Source: Verrucomicrobiales bacterium
GTDB taxonomy: Bacteria; Verrucomicrobiota; Verrucomicrobiia; Verrucomicrobiales; SLCJ01
Reading direction: 5' to 3'
DNA length: 64,000 nt
Assembly: GCA_046075565.1 (NCBI GenBank)
Contig: JBJTQJ010000052.1
Coordinates: forward strand, 64,001 to 128,000
Shown here: piece after piece, positions 27,895 through 38,297 of the stretch
How the letters are laid out: each line of letters begins with the position of its first letter
Position numbering within the stretch: position 1 is the first letter of the stretch
Program-made: the position numbers and the translations under genes
Notes under the pieces: generated by a model
The model's input: the letters and a program-made list of their open reading frames with translations, nothing else
Told to the model about the DNA's origin: nothing
Database searches by the model: none

Positions 27895-28875
27895 TTAGGA
27901 GCGGGCGGTGCAAATCGGGCAACCCTCGACCCAATGGCCGGGGGCGATTTCCATCATGGGATAGCGGGTTTCCAGGGTTTCTCCCTCGCGTCCCATACGC
28001 TGGCAGAACCGGCAGCCGGGCACGAGTTGATGGAGCGGGGCCACCATGCCCGGAATCACCGGCAGGCGGCTCTTTCTCGGTGTTTCGAGACGCGGCATTG
28101 AAGCGAGCAGCCCGCGGGTGTAAGCATGGGAGGGATTGCGGAAAAGGGTCTTCGCGGGAGCGCGTTCCACCACGCGGCCGGCATACATCACGACCACTTC
28201 GTCGCAGGTCTCGGCAATCACCCCGAGGTCGTGGGTGATCATGATAATCGACATACCGACTTCCTTTTGCAGCGATTTCAGCAACTCGAGAATCTGCGCC
28301 TGCACAGTCACGTCCAGCGCGGTGGTCGGTTCGTCGGCGATGAGCAAGGCGGGTTTGAGGGCGAGCGCAATGGCAATGCCGACCCGCTGGCGCATGCCGC
28401 CGGAAAGCTGGTGCGGGTATTCCATGGCCCGGATCTCCGGCGCGGGAATGCCCACCTTGTCGAGCACCTCAATGGTCTGCTTCCACGCTTCCGCTTTGGT
28501 AGCTTTGCCGTGGGTGAGGAAAACCTCGCTGACCTGGCGTCCGATGCGATGCACCGGATTGAGCGCGGTCATTGGTTCTTGGAAAATGACCCCGATGCCT
28601 TGGCCGCGGATCGTCCGCATTTCCTCGTCGCTGGCGGTTGCCAGATCCTTGCCTTGGAAAAGGACTTGTCCGGCGGCGATGCTCCCGGAAGGTTGGGGCA
28701 AAAGGCGGGTGATGCTCATGGCGGTCACACTTTTGCCGCACCCGCTTTCCCCGACGATGCCGACCGTCTTGCCACGCGGCACGGAAAAACTCACCCCATC
28801 CACCGCCGTCAGCAATCCGGCGTCGGTGGCGAAAGTGGTGCGCAAATCGCGCAGTTCTAACAGCGTCTCGCTCAC
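27895..28875 (-). CDS. Peptide ABC transporter ATP-binding protein (OppD-like)
   Basis: GESGCGKS, LSGGMRQR, ADEPTTALD. Confidence 0.93.
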   Translation of the reverse strand: MSETLLELRDLRTTFATDAGLLTAVDGVSFSVPRGKTVGIVGESGCGKSVTAMSITRLLPQPSGSIAAGQVLFQGKDLATASDEEMRTIRGQGIGVIFQEPMTALNPVHRIGRQVSEVFLTHGKATKAEAWKQTIEVLDKVGIPAPEIRAMEYPHQLSGGMRQRVGIAIALALKPALLIADEPTTALDVTVQAQILELLKSLQKEVGMSIIMITHDLGVIAETCDEVVVMYAGRVVERAPAKTLFRNPSHAYTRGLLASMPRLETPRKSRLPVIPGMVAPLHQLVPGCRFCQRMGREGETLETRYPMMEIAPGHWVEGCPICTARS

Positions 28876-31142
28876 GATTTGGGAAGGGGTTGGGGTGGCG
28901 GTGGCGCGGGCTCTTCACCGGTGGCGGGCGGCGGGCCATTCCGGTAGTTGTCGTGGATGGCCATGACTTCGGGGAATTTCCGGTTCTCCACCCGCGCTTC
29001 GAGGGTTTCCTCCCTCATCTTTTCGTCAATCCACCAGACATAACTGTCGAATCCGATATAACAAGCCGCAGTTGCATACTTCTCCGGCCAGCGGATCCAC
29101 CGCCACGAGGCCTCGCGCAGGAAATTGATGCGCACCGCGGGAATGAAAATCCCCTCGTCGTAAATGAGTTGCTCGATCTCCGCCGTCAGACGCGACATTT
29201 CCTCCAGACTGGTGGCGACCCGGTGGGCTTCGGTTAGCTTGTCCATTTCCGGATTCGAGTAACTGAAGAGGTTGTTGGTGTCGGTCTTGACCCGTCCGTC
29301 TTTTTCGTAGGCATTGCTGCTATGAAGAAACTGGAAGTAATCGTTGATGGGAGGGCTGAAGCCCCAGGAATTGTAACCGATCTGATGCAATTTCTGCCCG
29401 ACCTTCTGAAAGGCGCCTGTTCCCTCCATGGCATCCACCTTGATTTCAATGCCGGCCTTTTTCGCCAACTCGGCCAGAAGGTTCAGGGTGGCGACGCGGG
29501 TGGCTATCTGGATGACGGTGACGGAAACGCTCAAGCGTTCGCCCTGGGCGTTCTTGAGAATTCCATCCGCATCCGGAATCGTGTAACCCGCGGCCGCGAA
29601 ATGCTCGCGGGCCTTCGCCACATCATGGGGACGTGCTTTGACTGGTGGGTCTTTGATCAGGACATAACCCTCCTGCAATGCGTTGCCCCGCACACCGTCG
29701 CCGCGGAGGAGGATCTTGATCACGGAGTCCCAATCGCAAGCGTAGGCCAGACCGAGGCGGACATCCTTGTTGTTGAGCGGCGGTCGGGCGACGTTGAGAT
29801 AAAGCCCGCTTCCGGATCCTGGCCAGACATTGTAGAAGGTATGGCGCTCGATGTAGCCATTGAAGACCTCGGGGATTTCGCTGCGTTCATACCAGTATTC
29901 GGGAACGCTGAGAGGGAAAATGTCCAGCCCTCCCCCGCGGAAGACTTCCCAGGCTTTCGGGATGTCCCGGATGACCCTGTGTTCGATGCGATCCGCATTG
30001 AAGCGGTAGCGGCGGTAACGTTTGTCCTTGGCCCACCAGTTCTCGACCCGGAACATGGTAATCGAGCGTCCCTTGTTGATGCCCTCGGGACGGAGGGCAT
30101 AGGGTGCGACGGTGGGTCGGCAACGCCAGTCGTAACGTTTGTCGAAGTCGGGACCGATCTCGGAGTAGAATCCCGTGTGGGCCGGATAGTTGCCCGCCAG
30201 CACCGGCGCCAGGGGTTTCTTCTGCTTCAAGGTCACCGAGTAGATGCTATCGGAATAGACGGTCAAATGGGAGAATTGCTCGCGGTAATACTGCTGGCCG
30301 TAGGTGTTATTTGTATAGGTGTTGAGGTGCAGGTAATAGGATGTGAGGAAATCCTCGGTGCGCACCGGTTTCCCGTCGGAGAACTTCGCTTCGGGATCGA
30401 TGTGGTAATAGACCGTGCGTTCATCCGGGGACATGGCCCAGCGGTCCGCGACGCCGGGAATCATTTCGCCGGTGTCGGGATGCATCTCGACCGGCAGCAT
30501 CTCCACATTGTCGTAATGCTCGGAGCGGAACGAGTTATTGGAATCGTTGCCAACGACACGCAAGGTAGGTGGAAAAGCCGGCATCATCTGGTGGAAGGTG
30601 CCACCCTTCTTGGCCTCTGGAGAACCGACTTCCGGAGCATCGAGGTTGGTCACCCAAGCCAAATCCTTAGGCAGATCGGCGAGGGTGGCGAAGGTAAAGT
30701 ATCCGGGTTTCTGCAATTCGAGGCTCTTCTTCCGGGCGGTTTCCAAGATGATTTCCCAATTCGCATCGGTCGCGACGAGGCGTTTTTCCATGGAGGAAAA
30801 ATCTCCCGCCACGACCGGCCGGGATTTCTCGACCTCTTTTACTCCGGGCAACGAACGGGCCCAAGTCAAAAGCGGCTCCGGCCACGGGGTGGATGCGTTC
30901 TGGGCCAGCTCCTTGGCCAAGCGTGGGATGTCTTCGCGTGCCTTTTCCAAAGAACCGGCTGCTTCGAGCGACTTGACCATCAGTTGATCGCTGACGAACT
31001 GATCGTGATACTCGCGATCCCAATCCCGCAGGAAATTCTGAAACTCCACTTTGGAATCATACGGCTCGAAGTCCTCCTTGGCCCCGCATCCGGAAAAGAG
31101 CGGCCAGAGAACCAGAACAAAAATGGCACGGACGAATCTCAT
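28872..31142 (-). CDS. Family 5 extracellular solute-binding lipoprotein (YejA-like)
   Basis: Lipobox FSGC; GSPEAKKGG, AKFSDGKPV, NWWAKD. Confidence 0.88.
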   Translation of the reverse strand: MRFVRAIFVLVLWPLFSGCGAKEDFEPYDSKVEFQNFLRDWDREYHDQFVSDQLMVKSLEAAGSLEKAREDIPRLAKELAQNASTPWPEPLLTWARSLPGVKEVEKSRPVVAGDFSSMEKRLVATDANWEIILETARKKSLELQKPGYFTFATLADLPKDLAWVTNLDAPEVGSPEAKKGGTFHQMMPAFPPTLRVVGNDSNNSFRSEHYDNVEMLPVEMHPDTGEMIPGVADRWAMSPDERTVYYHIDPEAKFSDGKPVRTEDFLTSYYLHLNTYTNNTYGQQYYREQFSHLTVYSDSIYSVTLKQKKPLAPVLAGNYPAHTGFYSEIGPDFDKRYDWRCRPTVAPYALRPEGINKGRSITMFRVENWWAKDKRYRRYRFNADRIEHRVIRDIPKAWEVFRGGGLDIFPLSVPEYWYERSEIPEVFNGYIERHTFYNVWPGSGSGLYLNVARPPLNNKDVRLGLAYACDWDSVIKILLRGDGVRGNALQEGYVLIKDPPVKARPHDVAKAREHFAAAGYTIPDADGILKNAQGERLSVSVTVIQIATRVATLNLLAELAKKAGIEIKVDAMEGTGAFQKVGQKLHQIGYNSWGFSPPINDYFQFLHSSNAYEKDGRVKTDTNNLFSYSNPEMDKLTEAHRVATSLEEMSRLTAEIEQLIYDEGIFIPAVRINFLREASWRWIRWPEKYATAACYIGFDSYVWWIDEKMREETLEARVENRKFPEVMAIHDNYRNGPPPATGEEPAPPPPQPLPKS

Positions 31143-32677
31143 CGGTAGGTGGTGAACTTTTTGGGATCAAAGGCCTCGCGGAGCGCCTCACCAACAAAGG
31201 TGACGAGCAGGAGGACAAAAACGATCATGAAGAAAACGCTGGAGACAATCCATGGCGCGGTGCGGAGGTTTTCGACCCCGTCGCCGAGCAAGCGCCCCCA
31301 ACTGGCATACTTTTCCGGCAATCCGAAGCCGATGAAATCAAGGGAGGTGAGGGCCGACGAAATACCGGTAATGGAGAATGGAATGAGCGTGACCAGCAAG
31401 GCGATGGTGTTGGGCAGGATGTGTTTGAAGATGATCCGCCCCGATCTCGCACCCATGACACGCGCGGCGGCCACATAGTCGCGGGCTTTTTCCCGGTAGG
31501 TTGCCGAGCGCATGTAGTAGCTGCATCCGATCCAAGAGAAGAGGCAGAATACCCCGATGATCAAGGGCAGGGTGATATTCTCTTTCTCCATGATGCTCAC
31601 GAGGATGATCACGAGGTAGAGGAACGGGATGCTGCTGAGCACCTCGATGAAGCGCTGCATGATCAGATCGAAGATACCGCCCCAGAATCCCATCATCAGG
31701 CCCAAACTGGTGCCGATGACATACGTGACCAACAGGTAAAGCGCGGCCGCCTTGAGGATGACTTGGAATCCACCAAACAACTGGGCCGCCACATCCCAGC
31801 CCTTGCCATCCGAGCCAAGATAATGACGCCGCTCGAAGTTGGGGGCGATGGGCGGATAGTCCATTTCCTGCCAAGGGCCGATTTCCATGGAGAGGACGGC
31901 GTCCGCACCCTCCTCGCGTTTTTCCTCGATCTTCCGCCCCATGTCCCACTTCGCGTTGTAAACGATTTTTCCATCCGGCGAGAAGGCTTCTTCGGTCAAG
32001 TGTTTTACGCCCTCGCGGAAACGCGCCTGCCAGACCCGTTTGCCATTTTCGCCGGGAGTGAATTTCTGGGCCAATCCGGAGAAGGGTTGACCATCGGTAT
32101 AAAACAGTTTGCCATCCTTCTCCTGAAGATTGATCGCGACTCCCGGGTCGGTGTCGGAGACGGGGTCCCAGGGAATGAGAGGAAGCACCACTTTGCGGCC
32201 ATCGTTTTTCTCTTTGACCAACTCGCCCAATTTCCGATAATCGGTTTCCGCTTCGCCGGGCAATCCGAAGGTGCTAGCCGGATAAATCTCTTTCCGGAAG
32301 GCGGGAAAATACCATTGGCCATCGTGTTTCACCGCGAGGGCACGGCGGCCGACCAAGGCTTGGTCCAAACAAGCCAGAGCCACCAGAACCAGCAGGATGC
32401 GGAACGACCACACGCCGCGCCCGATTTCCCCGAAGCGCTTGAGTTTGCGCGCGGTCATCGGGGTGAATTGGAATTGCCTTGTGGAAACCAACCAGACACC
32501 GAGCGCTCCGAACGCGAGCGTCAACACGACGCCGAGCCAAGGTTGCCATGCGGGCAAGGAAGTGAAGATCCAACTCACGGTCGGGAAAACCACCGTATTG
32601 CCCTCGCTGGAGAGCACCTGCCCCACCATGGCCAGGACAGTGCAGAAGAGAACGAAGATGCCGAGCAGAAGGCGCAT
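31139..32677 (-). CDS. ABC permease (YejE/OppC-like) with large periplasmic insert
   Basis: HYLGSDGKGWD; EAA-loop YVAAARVMGA; GEALREAFDP. Confidence 0.9.
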   Translation of the reverse strand: MRLLLGIFVLFCTVLAMVGQVLSSEGNTVVFPTVSWIFTSLPAWQPWLGVVLTLAFGALGVWLVSTRQFQFTPMTARKLKRFGEIGRGVWSFRILLVLVALACLDQALVGRRALAVKHDGQWYFPAFRKEIYPASTFGLPGEAETDYRKLGELVKEKNDGRKVVLPLIPWDPVSDTDPGVAINLQEKDGKLFYTDGQPFSGLAQKFTPGENGKRVWQARFREGVKHLTEEAFSPDGKIVYNAKWDMGRKIEEKREEGADAVLSMEIGPWQEMDYPPIAPNFERRHYLGSDGKGWDVAAQLFGGFQVILKAAALYLLVTYVIGTSLGLMMGFWGGIFDLIMQRFIEVLSSIPFLYLVIILVSIMEKENITLPLIIGVFCLFSWIGCSYYMRSATYREKARDYVAAARVMGARSGRIIFKHILPNTIALLVTLIPFSITGISSALTSLDFIGFGLPEKYASWGRLLGDGVENLRTAPWIVSSVFFMIVFVLLLVTFVGEALREAFDPKKFTTYR

Positions 32678-32683
32678 GAAAAA

Positions 32684-34036
32684 TCAATGGTAACTCACCC
32701 GCGGATCGGTGAGGGCGACGAGGAAATCGGAGAGCACGTTGCCCAGCAGCATGAGCAGGGAGCTGATGGTCAAAATTCCCATGGTGACCATGTAATCGCG
32801 TTCGAGGGCGGAGTTGAAACCGAGCAGGCCGAAGCCATCGATATCGAAAATCTTCTCCACGATGAAACTGCCCATGAGGAAAACCCCGAGCACATGACCA
32901 AGGGTGGTGGCAATCGGAATGAGCGAATTGCGCAAGGCATGGCCGACCACCGCTTTGGGAAAGGCCACACCCTTCGACACGGCCGTGCGCACGTAGTCGG
33001 CGGCGAGGTTTTCCATAAGATTGTTTTTCACCATCATGGTCGTGATGGCGAAGGAGCCGACCAGATAACAAAGCAACGGCATGGCCGCGTGGGACAGGAT
33101 GTCTTTGATCTTATCGAAGGTCCCGAGGTCGGCGAAGTTGTCGCTCACGAATCCGCTGATCGGGAACCATCCCAGGTTCGTCCCGAAGACGAGCAGGAGC
33201 ACGGAGGCGAGGGCGTAACCCGGAATCGCATAACCCATGAAGATGAGGATGGAACTCAAGTTGTCCACATAGGTGCGGTGGCGGATGGCCTTGACCACCC
33301 CAAGCGGGATACATATCCCGTAGGTGGCGATGATGGTCAGGATGCCGTAGAAGGTGGATATGGGAAAACGCCGGGACATCATTTCCCAGACCGGCTCGTT
33401 GTAGCGGTAAGACCGCCGCAGATCGCCTTGCAGAAGACCGCTGAACTCTTTCTGGTGGATCAAGACCCTTGCGCGGATGGTGTCGGGTGGTTTGCGCTCC
33501 CCGACCGGCAAGCCCTTGAGCTTGCGTGTGAAAGCCCTGAAGCCGGTTTCCCCCATGGCATCGAGCCAACGGCCCTGGAGTTCCGATACCGTTTCCACCT
33601 GGATGGTCCATTCCGAACCGAGCGGAGTGCCATCCGCCGCCATGGTGGCCGAAACGACTTTTTCTCCTTCCACTTGCACCTTTACCAGTTTTCCCGAACC
33701 GGAAAGAGCGACCTCGACCTCATTCTGTCCGGTGGGAATTTCCTCGCGGGCGACCTTGACTTCCCGGGGCAAAATCCCGAACCAACGCAAGTAGGCCACC
33801 GGGATGCTCTTGTGGAAATCGAAACGTTCCTGGTCGTCCAGAGTCTGTTGCCAAGCTACCGTGCGGGCCATTTCCTCCTTCGCCCCCCGTTTTCCCGATT
33901 CCCCGGCCTGACGGGCCGCCTTGAGGGCATCCATCGGTCCTCCGGGCGCCAGTCGCGTGATGGCGAAGACCATCAGGGTGATCCCGACAAAGGTCAGCGG
34001 AATCAATAGAAAGCGGCGGATGAAGTAGGCTCCCAT
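32684..34036 (-). CDS. ABC permease (YejB/OppB-like)
   Basis: YFIRRFLLIPLT, APGGP, DYVRTAVSKG, DPRV. Confidence 0.9.
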   Translation of the reverse strand: MGAYFIRRFLLIPLTFVGITLMVFAITRLAPGGPMDALKAARQAGESGKRGAKEEMARTVAWQQTLDDQERFDFHKSIPVAYLRWFGILPREVKVAREEIPTGQNEVEVALSGSGKLVKVQVEGEKVVSATMAADGTPLGSEWTIQVETVSELQGRWLDAMGETGFRAFTRKLKGLPVGERKPPDTIRARVLIHQKEFSGLLQGDLRRSYRYNEPVWEMMSRRFPISTFYGILTIIATYGICIPLGVVKAIRHRTYVDNLSSILIFMGYAIPGYALASVLLLVFGTNLGWFPISGFVSDNFADLGTFDKIKDILSHAAMPLLCYLVGSFAITTMMVKNNLMENLAADYVRTAVSKGVAFPKAVVGHALRNSLIPIATTLGHVLGVFLMGSFIVEKIFDIDGFGLLGFNSALERDYMVTMGILTISSLLMLLGNVLSDFLVALTDPRVSYH

Positions 34037-34176
34037 ACGGCGGATTGCAGGTCCCTGCTTAGGCTGGCTAGCAGGCCTAATCAAGCCATTTTCGAGCCAT
34101 CCAGCGGATATTACGGAATCCAGCTTGCCAATATTGCGCGTTGCACTGACTATCCCCTCTGAATACCCCGATTTTC

Positions 34177-36579
34177 ATGTTTCCATTTTTCTCCGAATCC
34201 CGGCGACTGACACGGGGCCCGATCTTCCGGAAGTATTTCGGCATCAGGAATGATCATTTCACCGGGGCGGCTTGCTGCCCGGGCAGTCCGTCGAAGCGGC
34301 TGACCATTGCTTTGCTGGACGCGGAGGGAAAAATCGCGGGGATTGCCGTAGCCGACCAGCCAAGCCCCCGGGCACAAGTCGGCCAAGATTGTGGATTCCG
34401 CATTCCGATTCCGCTGGCGTGGGCGCGCAATCCAGATGCCCATCCCCATTTCTCGTTCCGGATTCTCGAGACTGGTCTCGAATTTCCCAAGGAGGCTCGA
34501 AAATTCTCTCTCCCTCGCAAAAGCAAGGTGAGAAGCCCGGTCGCCGCCATCGAGGCGGCAAAGATTCTGACTCGACTTCGGGCAGCGACCCGGGAGTTGG
34601 CTTATGCCCCCCGGCCGTGGCTTCTGGTGATCCACGAGACCCATCGCACCGGCGCACCGTTGATAGCTCTGTCCCTCGCCCGCCGGATTGCTGGCGCGCT
34701 CACTGCCACTCCACTCACCCTATGCCTTGGCGAAGAAGGCGCGTTATTTGGAGATTTCGCCGCTCTGGGCCCGGCGGTTGGAGGTTTGAGCATCCTTGAT
34801 GGAGAGGATGACTTCATCGTTGGCCAAATCCGGGAGGAATTGGCGGGCTTGCGTTCGTTTTGCCATCCGCGAGCTCTGGTGAACTCGTTCTGCAGCGCCC
34901 CTTTGGTGCCTGCACTTGCCGCGGCGGGATTCGAAATCGTGTCGCTCGTCCATGAATACCCGTTCGCGTTTTCGGACAGAGCCATCCGCGAGATGCTGGA
35001 CCATAGCGCGGAGTTGGTATTTCCCTGCGAGGATGTGCGGCGAGAGTACGCCCTGAGATTCGGCGAACCTGCGGTTCCGGTGCACGTGCGTCCGCAAGGT
35101 GTCAACGTCACCCACCCCCCATCCGCGAAGACGCAGGAATGGAAAGTGGAATGCGGCCTGCCATTGGAGGCACGTGTGGTTTTGGCGTGCGGCACCGTGG
35201 ACTTGCGAAAAGGATTCGACTGGTTCTGCGATTTTGCCCTTGGGTTTCTTCGCCATTCCCCGTTCGCTTCTTCGACCCATTTCGTTTGGCTCGGAAAATG
35301 CGGGGACCGAGATCTTGTTTTCCATTCCATGCTACCCCTGAGACTGGCAGGGTGGGAGTCTCATGTGCACCTTGCTGGAGAGCGCCCGGATCCTTGGACT
35401 GTCTTGGCTTGCGCTGATGTTTTCCTGATGTGCTCGCGTATTGATCCTTTTCCTACTGTCGTGCTCGAAGCCTTGGCTCTTGGCATCCCCGTGGTCGGAT
35501 TTGATCGGGCCCAGGGATGCGCCGAACTACTGGAAAAAAGTGGATTCGGAAGGGTGGTGCCGGCCGGTGATCAGGCCGCTGTTCGCCAGGCCATCGAAAG
35601 CTATCTGGGCAATGATGATTATCGCGCCGAAATCCGCCTTCGCGCACCGGCGTGGATTCAAGCACATTTTCCCGTCGATGGTTATGCAACAACCGTTGCG
35701 AATTACCTAGGACTTCAGGCTGCGCCAACCACGCCGCGCTCCCCGGATTGGGTAGTAGATTCATCGGAAAATGCTTCTGTACCCTTTGTTTCTTGGAAAG
35801 GCGCCCTCACCAACTCGCTCCGCGGGTTGCGGGCGTCCATTGCTTCGGGGGAGAATCCTCTCTCGTGGCCGATGCCCTGGGGGCCGCTCGAGTTTCAACG
35901 GGCTGGGACGATTCCGCCGCAGCTAGAGGACATCATCCTCCATGAATGCTATCGGGTCGCCAGCGAAGAACCCATCCGCCGCATCGTCGAGGGCGGATGC
36001 AATGTTGGCGTGTCGGTCCTTTGGTTCGCCTCCGCCTACCCGGAAGCCAGCATTGAAGCTTACGAGGCCGACCCCGCACTCGCCGATCTCTGCCGCAGAA
36101 ACCTAACAACCGCCGGGCTAGCCGCGCGCGCGGAAATTGTTTCAGCCGCACTTTGGACCCGCAATGGCGAGGTCGGCTTTGACGCGACCGGCGATGATCG
36201 CGGGCACATCTCGACCTCGGAAAGCGCAGAACACGTGCCCTGCCGCGATATCGCTGCTGTAATCGCCGATGGTGTGGACTTGCTGAAACTGGATATCGAA
36301 GGCGCGGAAATCGATTGCCTCGAGCATCTCCTGGATACCGGAGTCATCCGCAAGGTCCGCCATCTCGTGGCGGAAGTGCACCTCGCCCAATCGACCGCGC
36401 ATCGCGCTTATCGAATGCTCGCCGGACTCGCCGAGGCCGGGTTCGCCACCACATTCGAGGCCGGGACACACAATTGGTGTGGACCCGATACGACGCGATC
36501 GCCGTTTCCCTCGGTTGGTAGCAACCGCACCTTCATGCTGCTCCGCGCCTGGCAAAGCAATAACCTGCCCACTCCATGA
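34177..36579 (+). CDS. GT4 glycosyltransferase fused to an FkbM family methyltransferase
   Basis: HETHRTGAP, RKGFD, SRIDPFPTVVLEA; then EGGCNVG, YEADP, LLKLDIEGAE. Confidence 0.85.
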   Translation: MFPFFSESRRLTRGPIFRKYFGIRNDHFTGAACCPGSPSKRLTIALLDAEGKIAGIAVADQPSPRAQVGQDCGFRIPIPLAWARNPDAHPHFSFRILETGLEFPKEARKFSLPRKSKVRSPVAAIEAAKILTRLRAATRELAYAPRPWLLVIHETHRTGAPLIALSLARRIAGALTATPLTLCLGEEGALFGDFAALGPAVGGLSILDGEDDFIVGQIREELAGLRSFCHPRALVNSFCSAPLVPALAAAGFEIVSLVHEYPFAFSDRAIREMLDHSAELVFPCEDVRREYALRFGEPAVPVHVRPQGVNVTHPPSAKTQEWKVECGLPLEARVVLACGTVDLRKGFDWFCDFALGFLRHSPFASSTHFVWLGKCGDRDLVFHSMLPLRLAGWESHVHLAGERPDPWTVLACADVFLMCSRIDPFPTVVLEALALGIPVVGFDRAQGCAELLEKSGFGRVVPAGDQAAVRQAIESYLGNDDYRAEIRLRAPAWIQAHFPVDGYATTVANYLGLQAAPTTPRSPDWVVDSSENASVPFVSWKGALTNSLRGLRASIASGENPLSWPMPWGPLEFQRAGTIPPQLEDIILHECYRVASEEPIRRIVEGGCNVGVSVLWFASAYPEASIEAYEADPALADLCRRNLTTAGLAARAEIVSAALWTRNGEVGFDATGDDRGHISTSESAEHVPCRDIAAVIADGVDLLKLDIEGAEIDCLEHLLDTGVIRKVRHLVAEVHLAQSTAHRAYRMLAGLAEAGFATTFEAGTHNWCGPDTTRSPFPSVGSNRTFMLLRAWQSNNLPTP

Positions 36580-37208
36580 ACGACGAACTCCTAACAATTG
36601 AAGCTCCCCCAGCCCCAGGCTCAAGGGATCCGGCATGGTCGCCAGAACTGGCCTTCTCCGTTGAGCAGGCTTCGCCCGGGCAACGGAAATCACTTGGCAA
36701 AGGAGTTACCCTGCGCACAGGCTACGCCGAAACCCCATTCGGTCGCGCCCTTCTCGCGCAAAGCCCGCGCGGGCTTTGTCACCTCGCCTTCCTCAATCCG
36801 TGGGGAGAAACCGAAGCGCGGAATGATCTTGTCGCCCGTTGGCCTGCGGCAAAGTTGATTCGCGATGGTGACGCGGCCGTGATTCTTGCAAAAGACATTT
36901 TTCATCCCGCGGGAAAGCATACCAAGCCCTTGCACCTTCATTTAGCGGGTAGTGCATTCCAGCTCGCTGTCTGGCAAGCCTTGCTTGCCATCCCTGTTGG
37001 CACGGTCAGCATCTACAGCCAGATAGCAACGGCAACCGGAAACCCGAACGCCCACCGCGCCACCGGAACGGCCATCGGCATGAACCCCGTGGCATGGCTG
37101 ATTCCTTGTCATCGTGTGATCCGGCGCGATGGCGCGACCGGCAACTATCGCTGGGGACGAGAACGCAAACTCGCCATGCTCAAACACGAAGGGGTGCGAG
37201 GGATTTGA
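36576..37208 (+). CDS. ogt: Methylated-DNA--protein-cysteine methyltransferase (Ogt / Ada C-terminal type)
   Basis: FQLAVWQAL, NPVAWLIPCHRVI. Confidence 0.88.
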   Translation: MNDELLTIEAPPAPGSRDPAWSPELAFSVEQASPGQRKSLGKGVTLRTGYAETPFGRALLAQSPRGLCHLAFLNPWGETEARNDLVARWPAAKLIRDGDAAVILAKDIFHPAGKHTKPLHLHLAGSAFQLAVWQALLAIPVGTVSIYSQIATATGNPNAHRATGTAIGMNPVAWLIPCHRVIRRDGATGNYRWGRERKLAMLKHEGVRGI

Positions 37209-37249
37209 TATCGATAGCGGGTCGCGTGATTGCTACAGGGACCACTCGA

Positions 37250-37432
37250 TCAGAGATCGGTCGAAGAATCCCCCTTCACGAACAAGGCGACCAGGAACAT
37301 CCCCACCGCGGCGAATAGGAGTTTTGGCATCCACATGCCCATGACGTAAAGAACTCCATTGACCAGCAAACCGAAGGTGCCCCAGAAGATGAGTTTGCCG
37401 CGGATTCCGAGATTGCTCCACCAGTTCAACAT
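37250..37432 (-). CDS. Small two-TM hypothetical protein
   Basis: 60 aa with two hydrophobic segments; same strand as the upstream operon. Confidence 0.5.
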   Translation of the reverse strand: MLNWWSNLGIRGKLIFWGTFGLLVNGVLYVMGMWMPKLLFAAVGMFLVALFVKGDSSTDL

Positions 37433-37607
37433 GGATTTGTTTGCGTGAGGTTTCTCAGTGATTGGAGATCCAATGGGTGATCAGTCTGGCCAGAGCCAGC
37501 AACGCGAACACCACGCATGTTGTGAGAATCATCATGGCCATGGACGGCTCCCTTTGCCTGAGTTCATCACGAATAGCGGATTGCGTTAAGATCACGGTCA
37601 TCCATTT

Positions 37608-37946
37608 TCACTCCTTCACGACCTTTCCACCGAGCGAGAGGATGCGGGCCTTGCCTTTGGCGTCCTCGGCTTCGGCAATTTGGCCGGCGCGGACATACAT
37701 TTGGGAGAGCCCGGTCCAGGCGAGGAGGTCGTTGGGCCGGATCGTGGTGGCCATGAGCCCGGCGCCGATGGCTTCGGTGGTTTCACCGGTTTTGAGCAAG
37801 GCCATGCCAAGTGCATGCCACGCATCGAAGAATTGGGGATCGCGCTCCACGCAAGCCCGGTAGCCCTCGATGGCTTTCTCCAATTCGCCGACGGCAAGTT
37901 CGCCATTGGCATCATCAAAGAGATCCTGGGTTTCCGCGTCGGGCAT
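37608..37946 (-). CDS. Tetratricopeptide repeat protein
   Basis: AIEGYRACVERDPQFFDAWHALG; PNDLLAWTGLS. Confidence 0.85.
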   Translation of the reverse strand: MPDAETQDLFDDANGELAVGELEKAIEGYRACVERDPQFFDAWHALGMALLKTGETTEAIGAGLMATTIRPNDLLAWTGLSQMYVRAGQIAEAEDAKGKARILSLGGKVVKE

Positions 37947-37952
37947 GACTTT

Positions 37953-38297
37953 TCAGCCGGGCGGCCAGTCGAGGGGGCGTCCGGCGAGCAGATGGACATG
38001 CAAATGCGGCACGGCCTCGCCGGCGTCGCGTCCGCTGTTGATGACCAGGCGGAAGCCCTTGGTCTCATCGCGCACACCGAGTTGGTCCGCGATGTCGCGG
38101 GCGGCAATCAGAAGATGTCCGAGTGTGGCTGCGTCGTCGTCATCCGCGCGGGCGATCCGGACAATCGGTTTTTTCGGAACCACGAGAATGTGGATGGGTG
38201 CCTGCGGATTGATGTCGCGGAAGGCGATGCAGACATCATCCTCGTGCACGATGTCGGCGGGAATTTCCCGCGCGATGATGCGTTCAAAGAGGGTCAT
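37953..38297 (-). CDS. HIT (histidine triad) nucleotide-binding protein, HinT-like
   Basis: TLFERII, FRDINPQAP, HLHVHLL. Confidence 0.93.
   Translation of the reverse strand: MTLFERIIAREIPADIVHEDDVCIAFRDINPQAPIHILVVPKKPIVRIARADDDDAATLGHLLIAARDIADQLGVRDETKGFRLVINSGRDAGEAVPHLHVHLLAGRPLDWPPG

Noticed and set aside
29322-31148. 608-aa ORF on the + strand
   Set aside because: Antisense shadow of the solute-binding protein
31421-34009. 862-aa ORF on the + strand
   Set aside because: Antisense shadow of the ABC permeases; common in high-GC DNA; no motifs
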